Source: Octopus sinensis (Eukaryota). Taken from it: DNA of 64,000 nt. A program made the translations under genes and the position numbers. Below, piece by piece: positions 1-14,350 of the stretch. Numbering within the stretch: position 1 is the first letter of the stretch; every line of letters begins with the position of its first letter. The stretch is taken from contig NC_043009.1 of NCBI RefSeq assembly GCF_006345805.1, positions 5,828,001-5,892,000 on the forward strand. Reading direction: 5' to 3'. Below the pieces are notes generated by a model, which saw nothing but the letters and a program-made list of their open reading frames with translations, searched no databases and had not been told where the DNA came from.

Positions 1-520
1 TCACAAAGCGCTGTACACAAGCTTGTTGAAGACAGAGCGGTAAAATATTTCAAGTGCGTCAGTGTAATGTGAGAACTAATAACAGATGCTTCATGAATTA
101 TTGAATCGATTGGATTCATAATGTAATGCAAATTCTTAAGTAATTAACTATTTTATTGATAACTCGTCCTCCTCTTATAAAGTTGTCAAATTTCAAATCG
201 TTGTCAAACATATTATTTTTATTTTTCATTTTACTCAAATCTAATAACATCCACCGGGCAAGATATTTATATTAGCTTACTGAGTTTTTATATTTTATTT
301 GGGAAGTTTTTATAAATTGGCTATAAATTTTCAACGTGTAGTAACTGACATACTGCTTTTCTGACAGCCAGAATGACAAATTACTGCCTGTAAACACAGT
401 GGACTTCAAAAAGACTTATTTCTGCCGATGTTTATAGCTTTCATTGATTCAAAAGAGTAGGCGCTGTATCCCGCTCAGGCCAAACCTGCCATAACATATG
501 ACAGTCATGTAATAATTATT

Positions 521-579
521 AAAGGCGGTGCTCCAGCATGGCCGCAGTCAAATGACTGAAACAAGTAAGAGTAAGAGTA
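521..579 (+). mobile_element. SINE family A 3' tail fragment
   Basis: AAAGGCGGTGCTCCAGCATGGCCGCAGTCAAATGACTGAAACAAGTAAGAGTAAGAG matches the tails at 31960-32020 and 37620-37687. Confidence 0.8.
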
Positions 580-1247
580 TGTACGCTTCCATTTTCTCAA
601 ACTCTGTTCGATCATTAGATGATAGTTTCCCAGCAGCCCTTTCGTGGATGAGAGGGGTCAATTTTCTTTTATTTTGGCTTGGTCACTTAGAAAATATCCG
701 CACCGAATTATACTTCATCTAACTTGATTGAGTCGTCTGTCCGATGTCCTATTTTTATCGCGATGCAACACGATCTGCAACACTAGTTAGTTTCGTTACC
801 ACCACGTATAATTTTACAACGTTACTGAGGAAATTTACGTTGCGGAGTCCGACACAGTTATACTGACGTCCTTTCATATACTGACGTGGAACCTGCATGG
901 GATAATTCAAACGGGTTACAAACGAAAACATACAATTCTCTCCGCAGTAGTGGATCAAGAGTCAGTCCATATATAACTGATGGATGTCTACATCAGTATT
1001 TGTCCGAGTTTAAAATCATATCGGTTCGGATAGCGAATGGACGTCTACTCTGTCTCCGGAGAATGCGCGTTGTTACTGTAAATGAAAGTAACCTAGCACC
1101 TAAGTGGCTTCTTGCAAAAAGTTGCAAATATAAACGATTGCACATTTTTCATTGGTACAAGTAGATCTGAGTCCAGCGGAGCCGCGTATATTGTCTGACC
1201 TCTCTATACTGTATTATATGGACGGTTGTAAATTGTTGTGGAAATAC

Positions 1248-1479
1248 TCTCTTTACTCTTTTACTCTTTTACTCTTTTACTAGTTTCAGTCACTTGACTG
1301 CGGCCATACTGGAGAACCGCCTTTAATCGAGCAACTCGACCCCGGGACTTATTCTTTTGTAAGCCCAGTACTTATTCTATCGTTCTCTTTTGCCGAACCG
1401 CTAAGTATCGGGGACATAAGCACACCAGCATCGGTTGTCAAGCAATGCTAGGGGGACAAGCACAGACACACAAACACAC

Positions 1480-1573
<94 letters not shown>

Positions 1574-1755
1574 CATATATATACATATATACGACCGGCT
1601 TCTTTCAGTTTCCGTCTACCAAATCCACTCCGAAGGCTTTGGTCGGCCCGAGTCTATAGTAGAAGACACTTGCCCAAGATGCCACGCAGTGGGACTGAAC
1701 CCGGAACCACGTGGTTGGTAAACAAGCTACTTACCACACAGCCACTCATGCGCCT
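1248..1755 (-). mobile_element. tRNA-headed SINE, family A (internal microsatellite, (TAAAAGAG)n tail)
   Basis: Head AGGCGCATGAGTGGCTGTGTGGTAAG...GGTTCAGTCCCACTGCG; homologous to other copies in this window. Confidence 0.88.
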
Positions 1756-2786
1756 GCCCATAATCAGATAAAGCTGAGCATTCTGAACCGCAAAACCTAT
1801 GATTAGCACTCAGTAACTTCAGGAGTGGTGGGCATGGGAAATTATATATCCTTAAATAACCCAAACTACGACATGTCTCAACTGGTTACAACTTTGCCTA
1901 CTAGCTGGTAACACTGTAACACAGATGTGACTACGCTACGAGGATTTGATGGTAACCAATACATTTCTAATTGAGAGACATACGACGCGTTTTCTGAACC
2001 TGTCACCTTGCCCTTTTCCCAGTGTTTAACAACGATACGTTCTGTTCCACATGATCTGTCTACTTTCAAAGAAGATAAATCGCTTCATGATTAATTTGAG
2101 TTCACTCAAATACGAAATTTAATGACACACTGCAGACCAACGTAATTTTGAATATATATACAAATTAGCAGTGTCGTCCATCCTTTAGAAATCTTGTTTG
2201 ATCCATACAGGTAAAACGGTGCTTATGTCGCATGTGTAGCACTGGCAAAAGTTTCATTTTGAAGTAGATGGTCCATATTCAAAGTTCGTTCATTGCAAGT
2301 ATGTTTATCTAAAGCTGAGGCTCAATTTCAACTTTTATATCTACTTCCGTCTGATTAAAATATATGATGCTGTTAGTTCTGTTCTTCGATTTAACGCTGT
2401 AGATGATCGAAATGTTATTACTGTTTTCTCTTATAATTTTTCGCCTTGTTTATACTAGATGTTTACATTCTAATATATAATTAAATTTGCTTTCTGCTTT
2501 TGCTTGATATTTTTCCCTGCTGCATTCAATTCAAAAACATGGGGTGGGGACGGAGTGTTCTCTTTCTGTCATCATCGGCTGAAGGTAAACACGGTTAAAA
2601 TTATGTTTAAATATCCGAAAAATGACAAACGGTGTTTATCATTCTACGTGATAGAAATGTTTTAGACATATTATCTAGAGAAATATTTCAAAATAAGAAC
2701 TATTTCAAAATTCCCTTCTTCAGTTATATTTGATAAATATCCAAATTTTGCAGCGCAACAAGACACATATCTTACATATGTCTAGC

Positions 2787-2806
2787 TAATAATAATAATA
2801 ATAACG

Positions 2807-2837
<31 letters not shown>

Positions 2838-2845
2838 TAATAATA

Positions 2846-2909
<64 letters not shown>

Positions 2910-2911
2910 TG

Positions 2912-2948
<37 letters not shown>

Positions 2949-3005
2949 TAATAATAATAATAATATAATAATAATAATATAATAATAATAATAATAATAA
3001 TAATA
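2787..3005. repeat. (AAT)n microsatellite
   Basis: Read directly. Confidence 0.98.
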
Positions 3006-3795
3006 ACATTACCATATTAACCATCGGCAAATTAATATCATATTATTAAAAACTCTCATTTCTTAAGTGCGTAATGTAGCACTTAAGACGGACTATATAC
3101 CCGGCTGTAAATTCTGGCAAGCGTCCAGTTAGAGCAATTAAACGTCAGTTTTTATTGATAAATTAATAATTATAATTCAATAATGGTAATCATCGATTTC
3201 CTGTTAGGGAATAAGTTTGTGAAGTGGATACATATATTTTATTCGTCCGTTTGATGTATTCTGAAATATAATTAACGTAAGTTCAATAGAAATTATATAG
3301 TTGCTATATTTATGACAAACACGTCTTCAACCGACCAATATTTATGATTATATTATTGATGGCTTGAATACAGCTATCGTCATAATGCAGCAGTCAATTT
3401 TTCAAGCTGGTTTCGAAACTTGTTTGAAGTTAACATATTTCAATTTTACAGGGAATAATCAAGTCATCAAATTCTCATGGCCAACTAATTTTCTGATTTT
3501 AAATACCTCCCGCGCTGAGGCTACATTATATACCGTGGCGTTCAACAATAAAAGAAAATCAGCACTATTTTGTTGGGATTGGCTGCATGAACTGCATATA
3601 TGCATTGCAGAGTAGCAGATAAAATGATTCTACAATCCTAATATTTAGTTTTTGATACAGTGAAGTTCCTAAAGTGTAAGCGAACACTCTCAATATAGGC
3701 AACTTGAAACAGGTGATGTACCAGCTTAAGCTACAGTATGACTTAGCAATGCGTTGGGAAGATTGCGATGTACATTAGTAGCCGGTAGGTAAGTA

Positions 3796-4365
3796 TTGGG
3801 TTGCCCGGAAAGTTCGTGCCGATAAATAGTAGCTTACATTTCGACTTATTTTAGAAGATGGTTGAGTCCATAAAAGAAGATTTGACTACACCTCCATTTA
3901 GAGCACAGTTTAAGCTATCTTTTCATGGAAGAAGGTTTATGTTCCTATAATCTGTGTTAATTCTGTGACCCTTTAAAATGGAAGATAAGAAAGTTCATTT
4001 TCGGCACTTGATGCTTTGGAAACCAGACAAAAATTGCTGCAGCTCGGCTGGGATGTGTTACCCAACCCTCCATATTCACCAGATATTGCTCCTTCGGATT
4101 TCTACTTATTCAGGTCTCTGTAGAATAGTCTTAATGGTAAAAATTTCAATTCCTTGGATGACGTAAAAAGATACCTTGATGAATTCTTTCTTTGCAATGA
4201 AACCACATCAATTCTGGGAAGAGGGTATTTTCAAGTTAAAGGAAAGATAGAAACGCATTGTGCAACAAAATAGTTCATATTTAGGTGATTAAAAATGTAA
4301 TGGCAAGTATTTATTGACCTTTTTCTTTCCTTTAAAAATCGGCACGAACTTTCCGGACAACCCAA
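3796..4365 (+). mobile_element. Internally deleted mariner (Tc1/mariner) element with 28-bp TIRs
   Basis: TIRs TTGGGTTGCCCGGAAAGTTCGTGCCGAT (3796-3823) and 4338-4365 differ by 1 mismatch. TA lies on the left and TG on the right. The internal remnant translates to HPPYSPDIAPSDFYLFRSL*NSLNGKNF...FWEEGIFKLKER. Confidence 0.92.
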
Positions 4366-4894
4366 TGTAATTTTCAAAGGCTGCAGTGCTAAGTATGTGA
4401 TAAAGAGGTAAATAGAAAATAAATGTGGAGAGATTAAACACAGTATTGCGTGAAAAAAATCGTATGTTGTAAGCCTGAAGTACAGATTTCTATTTCAGAA
4501 ATAGAAGCTCGAAGCTTCGCTTTTTTTATTTTATCCATTGCGGAATTATGAACAGAAAAGTTCATTTTAGTGCAATTTGAATTCAGAACGTTAAGAGCTG
4601 GAAGAAATGCTGCCAAATGTTTTATTCACTGGAATAACGATTCTGCCGTATCTCCGTGGCTTTGCAATAACAATAGAAAATTGAGTAAATTCGCGGACAA
4701 GCGAATTTTTCAGTAGCTCTTTCTTGTAGCTCTTTCTTGTTGTGGGTATTACTTTGAGTGTAGGGTGTACTGTGGGCATCAACTTGAGCCTACTGAGTGT
4801 ACAATTGCAGGATATCAAAAATGTAGTATAAATGCCTTCCTTAATATTCCATTTAAATGTTGGCACAAGGCCATCAATTATGAGGGAAAGGTTA

Positions 4895-5059
4895 AATCGA
4901 TTACAGCGAATCCAGTACTCAACCTGTACTTATTTTATCAACCCCGAAAGGATGAGAGGCAAAGTCGACCCCGGCAGCATTTGAACTCAGGACCTAAAGC
5001 TAGACGAAATGTCGCTAATCATTTCGCTCGGAATGCTAACGATTCTGCCAGCTCGCCGC
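4895..5059 (-). mobile_element. SINE family B (GCGGCGAGCTGGCAGAA head)
   Basis: Shares head and GCCT(T)TCATCCTTTCGGGG core with the other copies. Confidence 0.78.
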
Positions 5060-8000
5060 ATTTTATCTTCGTTAATGTTACTGACTGGTATCTTGCATAA
5101 ATGTTTGATGATGAATATACGAGTTGATTATAAGTCTTGTTTGTCATTCTGTTTTCGTTTATGTTGGTTACGTTCTATACAACGTCGAATGGATCTAGAT
5201 TTTTTCATTAGCAAAATATTCATTTTTTTAAAAGGAAGTAAAAAATCTGAAAATCGGATATAATAATGTAGTCTTCCAGTCATATTGCTTTGAATGTATG
5301 GTGTTGTGGAGAAAGAATTGGAGGAAAAAGTTACAGAGATTTAAAGATCGGAAAAATCTGTATTTTTAGCTAATGGGGAGACAGAATTTTTGGGGTTTAG
5401 TAGAGTGGAATCAACTCTAAGATTGTACCTTGTGAAATGTATAGCTTAGCGTCTGCAACATGACCTGTTCATTGTAGGATTCTAAATAAACAGAAATACC
5501 TAATAAAATCAACATGTATTATTTTACTGTTTCTTTTGTCTCTTCCTTAATTGTATATTACTATTTTTAAAAAAATTGTTTTATTAATATATTTCTCTGC
5601 ATTTGTTTTCTTTACGTGTTTTTCAGTATAATGTATACTTGTCATGTATTTGTGTACATCATTAATTATTAAGTGAATATGGATGTATGTATTCATATAT
5701 AAGTATATATGTACATTTGTGAATTCATGTGAGTGCGTGCGTGTGTGTATGTTTGTGTGTGTGTGTGTGTCTGTGTGCGTGTGTGTGTGAAGGGTAAGTA
5801 TATCCCTAAAACTCCAAAGCTGAATAACGTTTTCATACCTAGATTTGTAAACTACGCTAAGAATAACGCTAGTCAACAAATAATTTGTCGCAAGGAAAAG
5901 AATACCTGTATCATGTTTTTGCATGCAGAATTCAGACATAATGTCAAATTATCTGTATCACCCACAGTTTCTCTTCCACGATATCCCTCTCAGTTTCTGT
6001 TACGTGGGCTAACTTTCAGTTAAGCTGTTGAAATATGAAGCTATCAGTTTAAGAAATACTCCCAATTCAAATTTTTATGAATCGAATTAACCTAGTGAAA
6101 TCGTAAATCCAGGTGAGTCAATGAGTCCCAAAAATATATGAAATGAAAATTATGTAAAAATACTAACACAAAGAAAAAGGACAGAGAAATACTAACACAG
6201 CACAGAAAAATATGTAATATACTAACAAACAGAAAACTTAAAACATATCATGCAGGTGAAAAGAATATCGTGGTGTGAAGAGTCAAGTGTAAAAAATGAA
6301 CATAGAACAACGTGCGGCACAGGCACTGAACCACAACACAGCGTGCGGTTGTTATGGCAACAAGCTGCTAATGTCATGTTGTCTGCTGATTAGCTAAAGT
6401 TACCCAAATTTCCCAACTTTAATTCCAAATAACATCAGATTCTTTAATTTACGAGATAAAGTAATTGGTTGATCGTACTTAAAATTCAGAGTTGCATCGA
6501 TACATCAAATTAAGAGCAATCTAAACCAAATTAAAGGGGGCTCATTTTGCGAATGAAAAAGAATAGATCCATACGAATGTAAGAAATATATGTAGTTTGA
6601 CTTGGCATTGGTTTGGGGCATGCGTCCATATGTATATTAAGACGTTGTAGGAGCAACGCCTTAATATAAAGTTATGTGTATGTGTGTGTGTGTGTGTATG
6701 TGTGTCTCCGTGTTTGTATGTAACATACACACATATGAATGTATTTATATATATATATATATATATGTATATATAGTTATGGCATATTCTGTTAAAAACG
6801 TAATAGAGTACAGTATAAAGCTTATCTACATTCAGATTTACTCTGTACTATATGGTAGTAGTACCATACGTACTTCCAGGTTTGTGCTTGGGCATCTGTC
6901 GTGTGTGAATTGGCAATTGAAAAACTTGGATTCAAAAGGAAGGGGTACGATTAGAGATTTATATTTTCAATGACTACAATTGTTTCGACACAAAGTATTT
7001 TTCCGGGTGTGCAGGTACTTGATTTTTGCAACTGATTCCCTGTATTATGAGATCTAGTTGTTTCCTCAGGCGATATGTAAATATTTGTCTCCGTAAGCTT
7101 AAAATACTCGGCTTCAAGAACATCTTATCTGTGTTTCGTGGCCTGAATTTAGTAGTAGCCCTTGAGCTTATGAGGTTATTTTGTTGCGAGTGTAGGTATA
7201 TTTATATATGAGTATGTATATGAATGCGCCTACATAGCCGTATATGTGAGCGTGTGTGTATATATACGTATGTATATGTATATGTAGATGTGTGTATATA
7301 TATATATATATAGGTAAACAGTAAAAATAATTACATACATGGACAAGAACATGAAACACCACAGAGACGACACAAGAACCACAGGACGGGACATTCGAAG
7401 CCCTCAGTCATCAGTCAAGAACCAGATCATCTTAGCAATTTCGGCTGATTAATCTTGAGATTGCTCCGATATGGCCAGCCCGCCAAGGAAATCTAAGCCA
7501 AGCGCATTAGATCCCCTGGAAGAAAGCTTCGAATGTATACAACGCGAGGACGGAAAACGAACGAAGTACACAAACAAAAATACAGAATACGTGACACCAA
7601 TAAGAATACAAAAACGTAAAAACAATAACGGTAAAAATAAAAAATAAACAACAAAACAAAACCAGGACGTAGGACAAGGGTCTTTCGACAGGACGCGTTG
7701 AGTATGGGGCTGGCTTGTGAAGTTGTGCCTAATGGCCACGGGGAGACGAACAAATACGTGTTGCTTCTGCGACTGCTGAAAACGAAAAGAGCGCTCAACA
7801 GCGGCTAGCGGTCACGTGAGAACAAAAGACAGGAGAAAGGGACAGATAAAAAGAGAGAGAAGGTGGACGAGGGAGGAGAAGAAAGAGACAGATCGAGGGG
7901 CTGGAGGTGAGAGAGATAGAGAAACGTAGAAGGGGGTATTTGAAAGTATATATGTGTGTGTGCGGGTGCCTGAGCGTGTGTATGATAGTATATGTCCGAG

Positions 8001-8389
8001 CATTGAATCTTATATGCCAGTTAAAGACAAGAACAAATCAGCAGTACAAAGAAATAAAATACCTATCACATTAAAATGGCAACCGCAATAGTAGTAACAG
8101 AATCACCATTCCACTACGTCGTCACATTCAAAACAGTTTGCCGACGGCCTTTCAGCAACAACACACTCGCTGACTACTACCAACTTCAGACCACAACACA
8201 CAAATAGGAGGCTCTTGAAACCGAGGATTTCAAAATTACGGAGACAATATTTACATATTGCCTGAAGGAACACAACTAGATCAGGGAAACAGTTACAGAA
8301 TCAAGTGCCTTTACACCTGCAGAACTACGTTACTTTGAAACAATAGTGATTAAGAAATAAAACTGTTCATGTTGACTCCAAATTATACA

Positions 8390-8478
<89 letters not shown>

Positions 8479-9076
8479 TAAAATAGAAAGATGAATAATC
8501 TTGTTGCAGATTAATCAAAAGTTTAACCGATACCTTGGTAGCAAAAATCACAGCAGAAGAAAGCACGGTTGGAGATAAAACCATTTGGTGTTGCAACCGT
8601 GCGTTGGTGCGGATAATTGAATTTTAATATTATTAGTGAATTGAAGAAATGGAGTTGAACGAAGATTGAACAGAATTCCTTTTATTGCATTCTACACATG
8701 TTTCAAAAGCCACAATTTTCCAAATTCTGATTAAATAAGGATTCCATATTGTGACTTTCTCTTCAGGAAAAAAATAGGAATTCCGTTGGCAGAACAAAAC
8801 AGAACAGAGGCGCAGCAAAGCAATTTGAACGAGGAGGCTCTTTAAGAGCACATGGCTGAACTGATTATCATTGTACGTTGAAATCGGGTGGTGGGTGCGT
8901 TGAAGATATTTACAGGTCAGGCGGCGGTCAGAATTTTAGTTTTAGTCACACAGAACATCTCCACACCCCTTGCTCTCACCCACTGGATTTGACCGCCGCT
9001 CAAATACCGCCGAGATCGACTTTACATTTCAACCTTTCGGATTCAGTCCTACTGCACAGCACAGTGGGCAGTTGTA

Positions 9077-9117
<41 letters not shown>

Positions 9118-9125
9118 TGTATGCG

Positions 9126-9330
9126 TGTGTCTTTGTGTCTATGTTTGACCCCAACCCACCCGGCTCGAGAACGATGTTGGTGTGTTTACGTCGCCGTAAC
9201 TTAGCAGTTCCAGAGAAGTGACCGATACAACCAATACCAGGCTTACAAAGAATGAGACTAAGGGTCGATTTCATCAATGTAAAGGCAAATGACTGAAACA
9301 AGTAAAAGGATAAAAGAATAAATAAAAGAA
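9126..9330 (+). mobile_element. SINE family A 3' half, diverged
   Basis: GGTGTGTTTACGTCGCCGTAACTTAGC...AAATGACTGAAACAAGTAAAAG homology. Confidence 0.75.
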
Positions 9331-9409
9331 TGTGTGTTTGTGTATGTATACACACACACAACCACACACACACACAACCACACACACACACAACCACACA
9401 CACACACAA

Positions 9410-9441
<32 letters not shown>

Positions 9442-10827
9442 CCACACACACACACAACCACACACACACATATATATTGGTGTATCGGTTGAAGTATATG
9501 ACCTAATTCTGTAAAACGAAAGTCGGTATGAAATTTGTGTATGCAAGTAAATAAGTGAAATACTGACATATCAGTTAATTAAGGTAGGTTACGTTCTCTT
9601 GAAACTTCAAACCATAGAGTACATTTCTATTAAAGTGTTCAATATTGTACGCATACTTTTGGTGCATACTGTAGCAAAAGTTAACATAATAGCGTTAAAG
9701 GCTTCAGTAGAGTTCTAGAAATATCTTACATTGTGTATGTGTTATTAGATATGAACAATTCAAAAATTATGTAAAAAATACGAAACCAAAATACAGAAAT
9801 GGAAATAAAAAAGTAAAGGACGATGGTGGGGAATAAACTTCCTTGTTTAGCGCTGTTATATTTCATAAAAAAGTAAATATTTTCTACTGCAGTAATGTAG
9901 TAATCATATCAAAATATATCTTTCGTATATTATCAAATTTTTTTTCTCTCTCTGACACGTTTTCACAGTTTCTGTTGCAACTACATAGTTTAGAAAATAT
10001 TCACATATAGCCAGCCTTTGACTCGCTAGTGATCATTGCAGAGGAAATGTAGAAAACGCAAAAATTTGTTTTCTGAGGTCGCTGAAAATCAATATATAAT
10101 ACAATATTACCCTGCCTACTTTGAAAATTCCCTTAAAGGAAGCCTGGCTACGCTTATTTTAAATGCACAATGAAAACCATTTTCTTGCAACATAATTTGA
10201 CGAAATAACGTTTGATGAGACTGTTTAAGCGAAATTTATTCAGAAACCTTCTATCGTCCAGTCATTTCTTCAACATGCATGTGTTGGCTGGTGCTTGGCT
10301 TACAACACCCAATTACAGTCTAGTATAGATACGCAATATTAAAAGCTGAATCTTCTTTTCTTCCGTTCAACCTTCATCTATCATTGCATACAACTCTCAG
10401 ATCAAAGCTCAGAAGATTATAGTAAATTAGTTAATTTTGAAGAAATTGACGTTGAAGAAACGTATGGCGACTATGGCTTTTGACGTCCATCCCTTTAGGG
10501 CTTTGGCAGTTTTGTATTTTCTTTAAGAAGTCGGAAGATTCATTCACATGAGGGAATTAAGTCCAATCATTTGTACAGCTATTGGAGAATGAAAAAAATA
10601 TATATGTATCTATATAATGAAACTGCATTTCTACCTCTAGGGATATATTCTTTATACATACACACACTCACGTTCATACATGTATACTTATACATACATA
10701 CCTACACAAATATACATATATATATATATATATGAGTGTGTATATATATATATATATATATACATATATATACATACGAGTGATATGTATGCACGTGTCT
10801 CTATGTGCGCGTGTGTTCACTTGTGTA

Positions 10828-10880
<53 letters not shown>

Positions 10881-12471
10881 GTGTGTATGTGTGTGAAAGC
10901 ATGCATAAATGTTTACACGTATATATATATGCGTGTATGTTTGTGTGTTTGTGTGAATATGTGTGTATATGTATGTGTGTGTGCATCTGTATTTGTAGAT
11001 GTTTCGTGTATCTGTAGATATATGCGTTTAAGTAAATGTATATATGCATGTGCGTATATAAGCATGCATGTATATAAAATCAAATTCTATGAAGAAAAGA
11101 GTTTTGAGTTAAGATTTTTTTTAAAGTTACTGACAGAAAATGTTTCATATAAGTACAAAAAACAAAATAAAATAAAGCACGAAAACAGAAAATACAAAAT
11201 ATATAAATCATAAAATAAAGTGCAAATTATTTCCTATAAAACATAAACCTATATTCTCTTTAAAGAAATAAAGAAAACAAAAGTGCAACGTATGAAAAGA
11301 TGGAAAAAAAATAAACATCGCTCGTGGAATTCCATCTTTTTTTAGCTTCTCTTTCGGTGTTTTGATTGGTGGCGGAGACGCAGTATACGTTTTCAATGTC
11401 AAGGTTTATAATCATCCCCATCGAATATGAGATTTTTTTTTAGGAATGAGTAAGTTAGAGGTAAATATATGTAGGTATTAGACACCTAATATGACTCACT
11501 AGATTATATTAGATTTATCTGATTACTTCACGCATTTATTCTTAAGTAAATACGTGCTGCATCGTTCATTTTTCATTTCCTGTTTCGGTCAGTGTTATCA
11601 TTTCGATACTAAGTATTAGCGGAGCAGTCTTTAAATCAATGACTTCATTTACCAGGTTAATCGACACAAATTGATGTGAAATTTAGAAGGATATTATTAA
11701 TTTAAGATTATCTTAGTAGAAATATAATTTCCATATGAGAATATGTCCGAGTAAATAGCATTTAATAATGATAATATGAAAAAAGAATTTCGAACGCAAT
11801 AGAAGGAAATTGATGCGTTAGCTGATACCCCTTATCAAATTCAAAATCGCAAAGCCTGTCATAATTCTCGCGTTAGTTTAAAAATAGTGTTGTAAGAGAG
11901 ATAACATTCTTATTTAAGAGAAGATACATCGATCGCTGCAAAAAGACATGCTTGGAAAATCTAAAAGAATGCATTTGCTCAATATTGTGTATAAATTTTA
12001 TTTTACTTTCATTATCGCTTACATTGTAAATACATGTAAATAGCATGTTTAAGTACTCAATATATAAAGACAGCAGGTGAAAGCAAGACAACTAAAGTTT
12101 TAATGATCTATGAATGCCTAGAGAATTCAGGTGGGGGGGATATTTGCTCCTAGATTTATATATTCTTTCTTCTGGATCGTGTCACATTTACTCGGGTAAA
12201 ATATGTTTCCATGAGACAAGTATACGTACAGTATGAAAACTAAAGCAAAATGAAAAGAGAAATTAAACCAATGAAAACATTGGATTTTGTAGCAGCAACG
12301 CTGTCAACATGTATGTGTGAACAGACATGCTGAGACGCAGTCAAAAGCAGAACCAGATATTTCTAAACTAGTGAGAAATACTATAGAAGAAACCAAGAAA
12401 ACGACTTTGTGTTTGAAGACTAAGTAAAAATACAAAATTCCCATGAACATCATATGTGACTGAGTAATATT

Positions 12472-12542
<71 letters not shown>

Positions 12543-12912
12543 TATATAGATAGATAGATATATAGAGAGGGAGAGAGATAGATAGATACGGAAGTGAGAA
12601 TATGAATATAAAAACACCATCCATTATAGATATTCGGGATAAGCGTTGACTTAGTACTAAACGTCACCCGCATCATCATTGGCAACAATAGTAGGTTCTA
12701 AAATTAAGGAAGGTTATGACGTTATACAAACAAACATGACAGGCTACATGAAAAGTGAGGGTGTCTGTTGAGTGTCGTGAATTCACTCATCAAAAGCTGT
12801 CCAACTTATTCACAACAGACGTGGAAATACGTTACCGTTTTTGGTGTCTGTCTGTTTGTCCGTTTGTTTGTGTGTCTCTGTCTTTGTCTGTCCTCTCTTT
12901 TCTAAGGTGGAT

Positions 12913-14350
12913 ATCCTCGTTGCCAATCTTATAATGTGGATTTATATCATGGTATTATACAAAACCACGGAACGGAGTAGATACCAACTGTTACCACTTG
13001 ACTTAATCCCAAATGTTCAACCAACAAACGTCACCAAACGAAACGAACTATAACTACATCTCAACAATTTCCTGCATCTCCAAGAACTCATGAACAACAC
13101 ATTTCAACTTCTTGCGAATTCTCATCTCTCTCAGCGTAACAGGCTACTACTTACAACCTGTTATAACCAGTTGATCTAGCGAGTGGGGCCGGTGCACATT
13201 TATGCCGTCGAGAGGTAGCCCCCGAACTAGCGCACATTCTCCACTGATGACCCCATACACTTGCTGGCTTCCGGTATGTGAAGCTTTCGACTGGTAGCTC
13301 CTGCATGTGCAAGTTATTTGCAAAACATCGAGTTCGGCTAATCCATTCTCACAGTGGGTGTCAGGATTCTCGCAATACCATCTCCCGTTTGGGATTTTTC
13401 TTCTGTAGGAAGTGCAACTACCTTATTAAATTTTATTGGGGTTTTTTTTTCATTCCCACACCTCTCTCTTTTTTGAGATTTCAATTTTCTCGGAAGTTTT
13501 CGTATTTATTCCCCTTAGGGATTATTTTAGTCGTTCCGTTTGTTTCCGTTTTCTATTTCTTATCCACCTAAGTTCAACCAATTTTTGCGTGGAACATCGA
13601 ACCAGTCCTAAACTTCCATCGCTATTTCTACTCTTTCTTCGGTACGTCTAGTCTTCAACTTGTTCAAATGTGGTTTATGCTCTCCTATTTGAAGTTTTGT
13701 TATGTACATCATATTGCTTTTCTTTCTGCCAATATATCGTCCTCCCAACCTTGTCTTCCATTGTTATATATTTTGAAATGAACTTTCTCCTTCATTAAAA
13801 TACATTATTGTGTTTCTTGGGTTTTCCTTATATGCTATTGTGTAGGTAGTAATTTATCAACAATTGATTTTATCTTCCTGGCAAACATTAGCTCTGTAGG
13901 TGATTTGCCTGAACAGGTGTTTGTGTTATACTACCCCGTAAACCCTTAAAATTTGAGTTAGTGCTACATTGTTGCCTAATCCGTTTCCTGATGTTTTTAG
14001 TGCTTTCTGCTTACCCATTTGATCTAAGTTGGTACGACGGAGTAGAAATGTGATTTATTGCGTCAGTCAGTAATACAGTGATTCGATTGTGCATTGTTCT
14101 TCTGTCAAAGCAGACGCCTCCTTGTCTTTGGAAGAAGGAGCTGTGTGACCAACTCCACCACAAACAGAAGAACTTGGACTGGGACGTTTCGAAGCAGCTG
14201 GATGCAAAAATGATGTACATAGCTTTGAAAATATCATGGATATTATACCTGATTGAAAGCTGGCGAGATCTTGCTGATAATCATTTTAACTGCAATACAC
14301 CACAATTGCAATTTTGGCCGAAATGCCCTGATTTGGTTATTTATACCAAG
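12913..14350 (-). mobile_element. Degenerate, internally deleted Gypsy-type LTR retrotransposon remnant (integrase C-terminus, PPT, LTR, PBS-like motif)
   Basis: The minus strand gives HISTPSYQLRSNG...SGKSPTELMFARKIKSIVDKLLP (~14070-13860), then KVHFKIYNNGRQGWED...HLNKLKTR. Purine tract AAACGGGAGA (13390-13381) precedes a TG-starting LTR candidate 13380-12927, followed by TGGCAACGAGGAT (12925-12913). Confidence 0.7.

Noticed and set aside
7385-7420. CTGATGA on the - strand (7414-7408) in a probable unclassified repeat (~7330-8330)
   Set aside because: No stem II directly follows the core and it has GAAT rather than GAAA, so it does not fold as a hammerhead. The surrounding repeat cannot be classified from this window.
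13238-13295. CTGATGA...CATAC/GTATG...GAAGCTTTC on the + strand
   Set aside because: Stem II is offset, GAAA is missing and stem I does not pair. It lies within the Gypsy LTR candidate and is likely chance.
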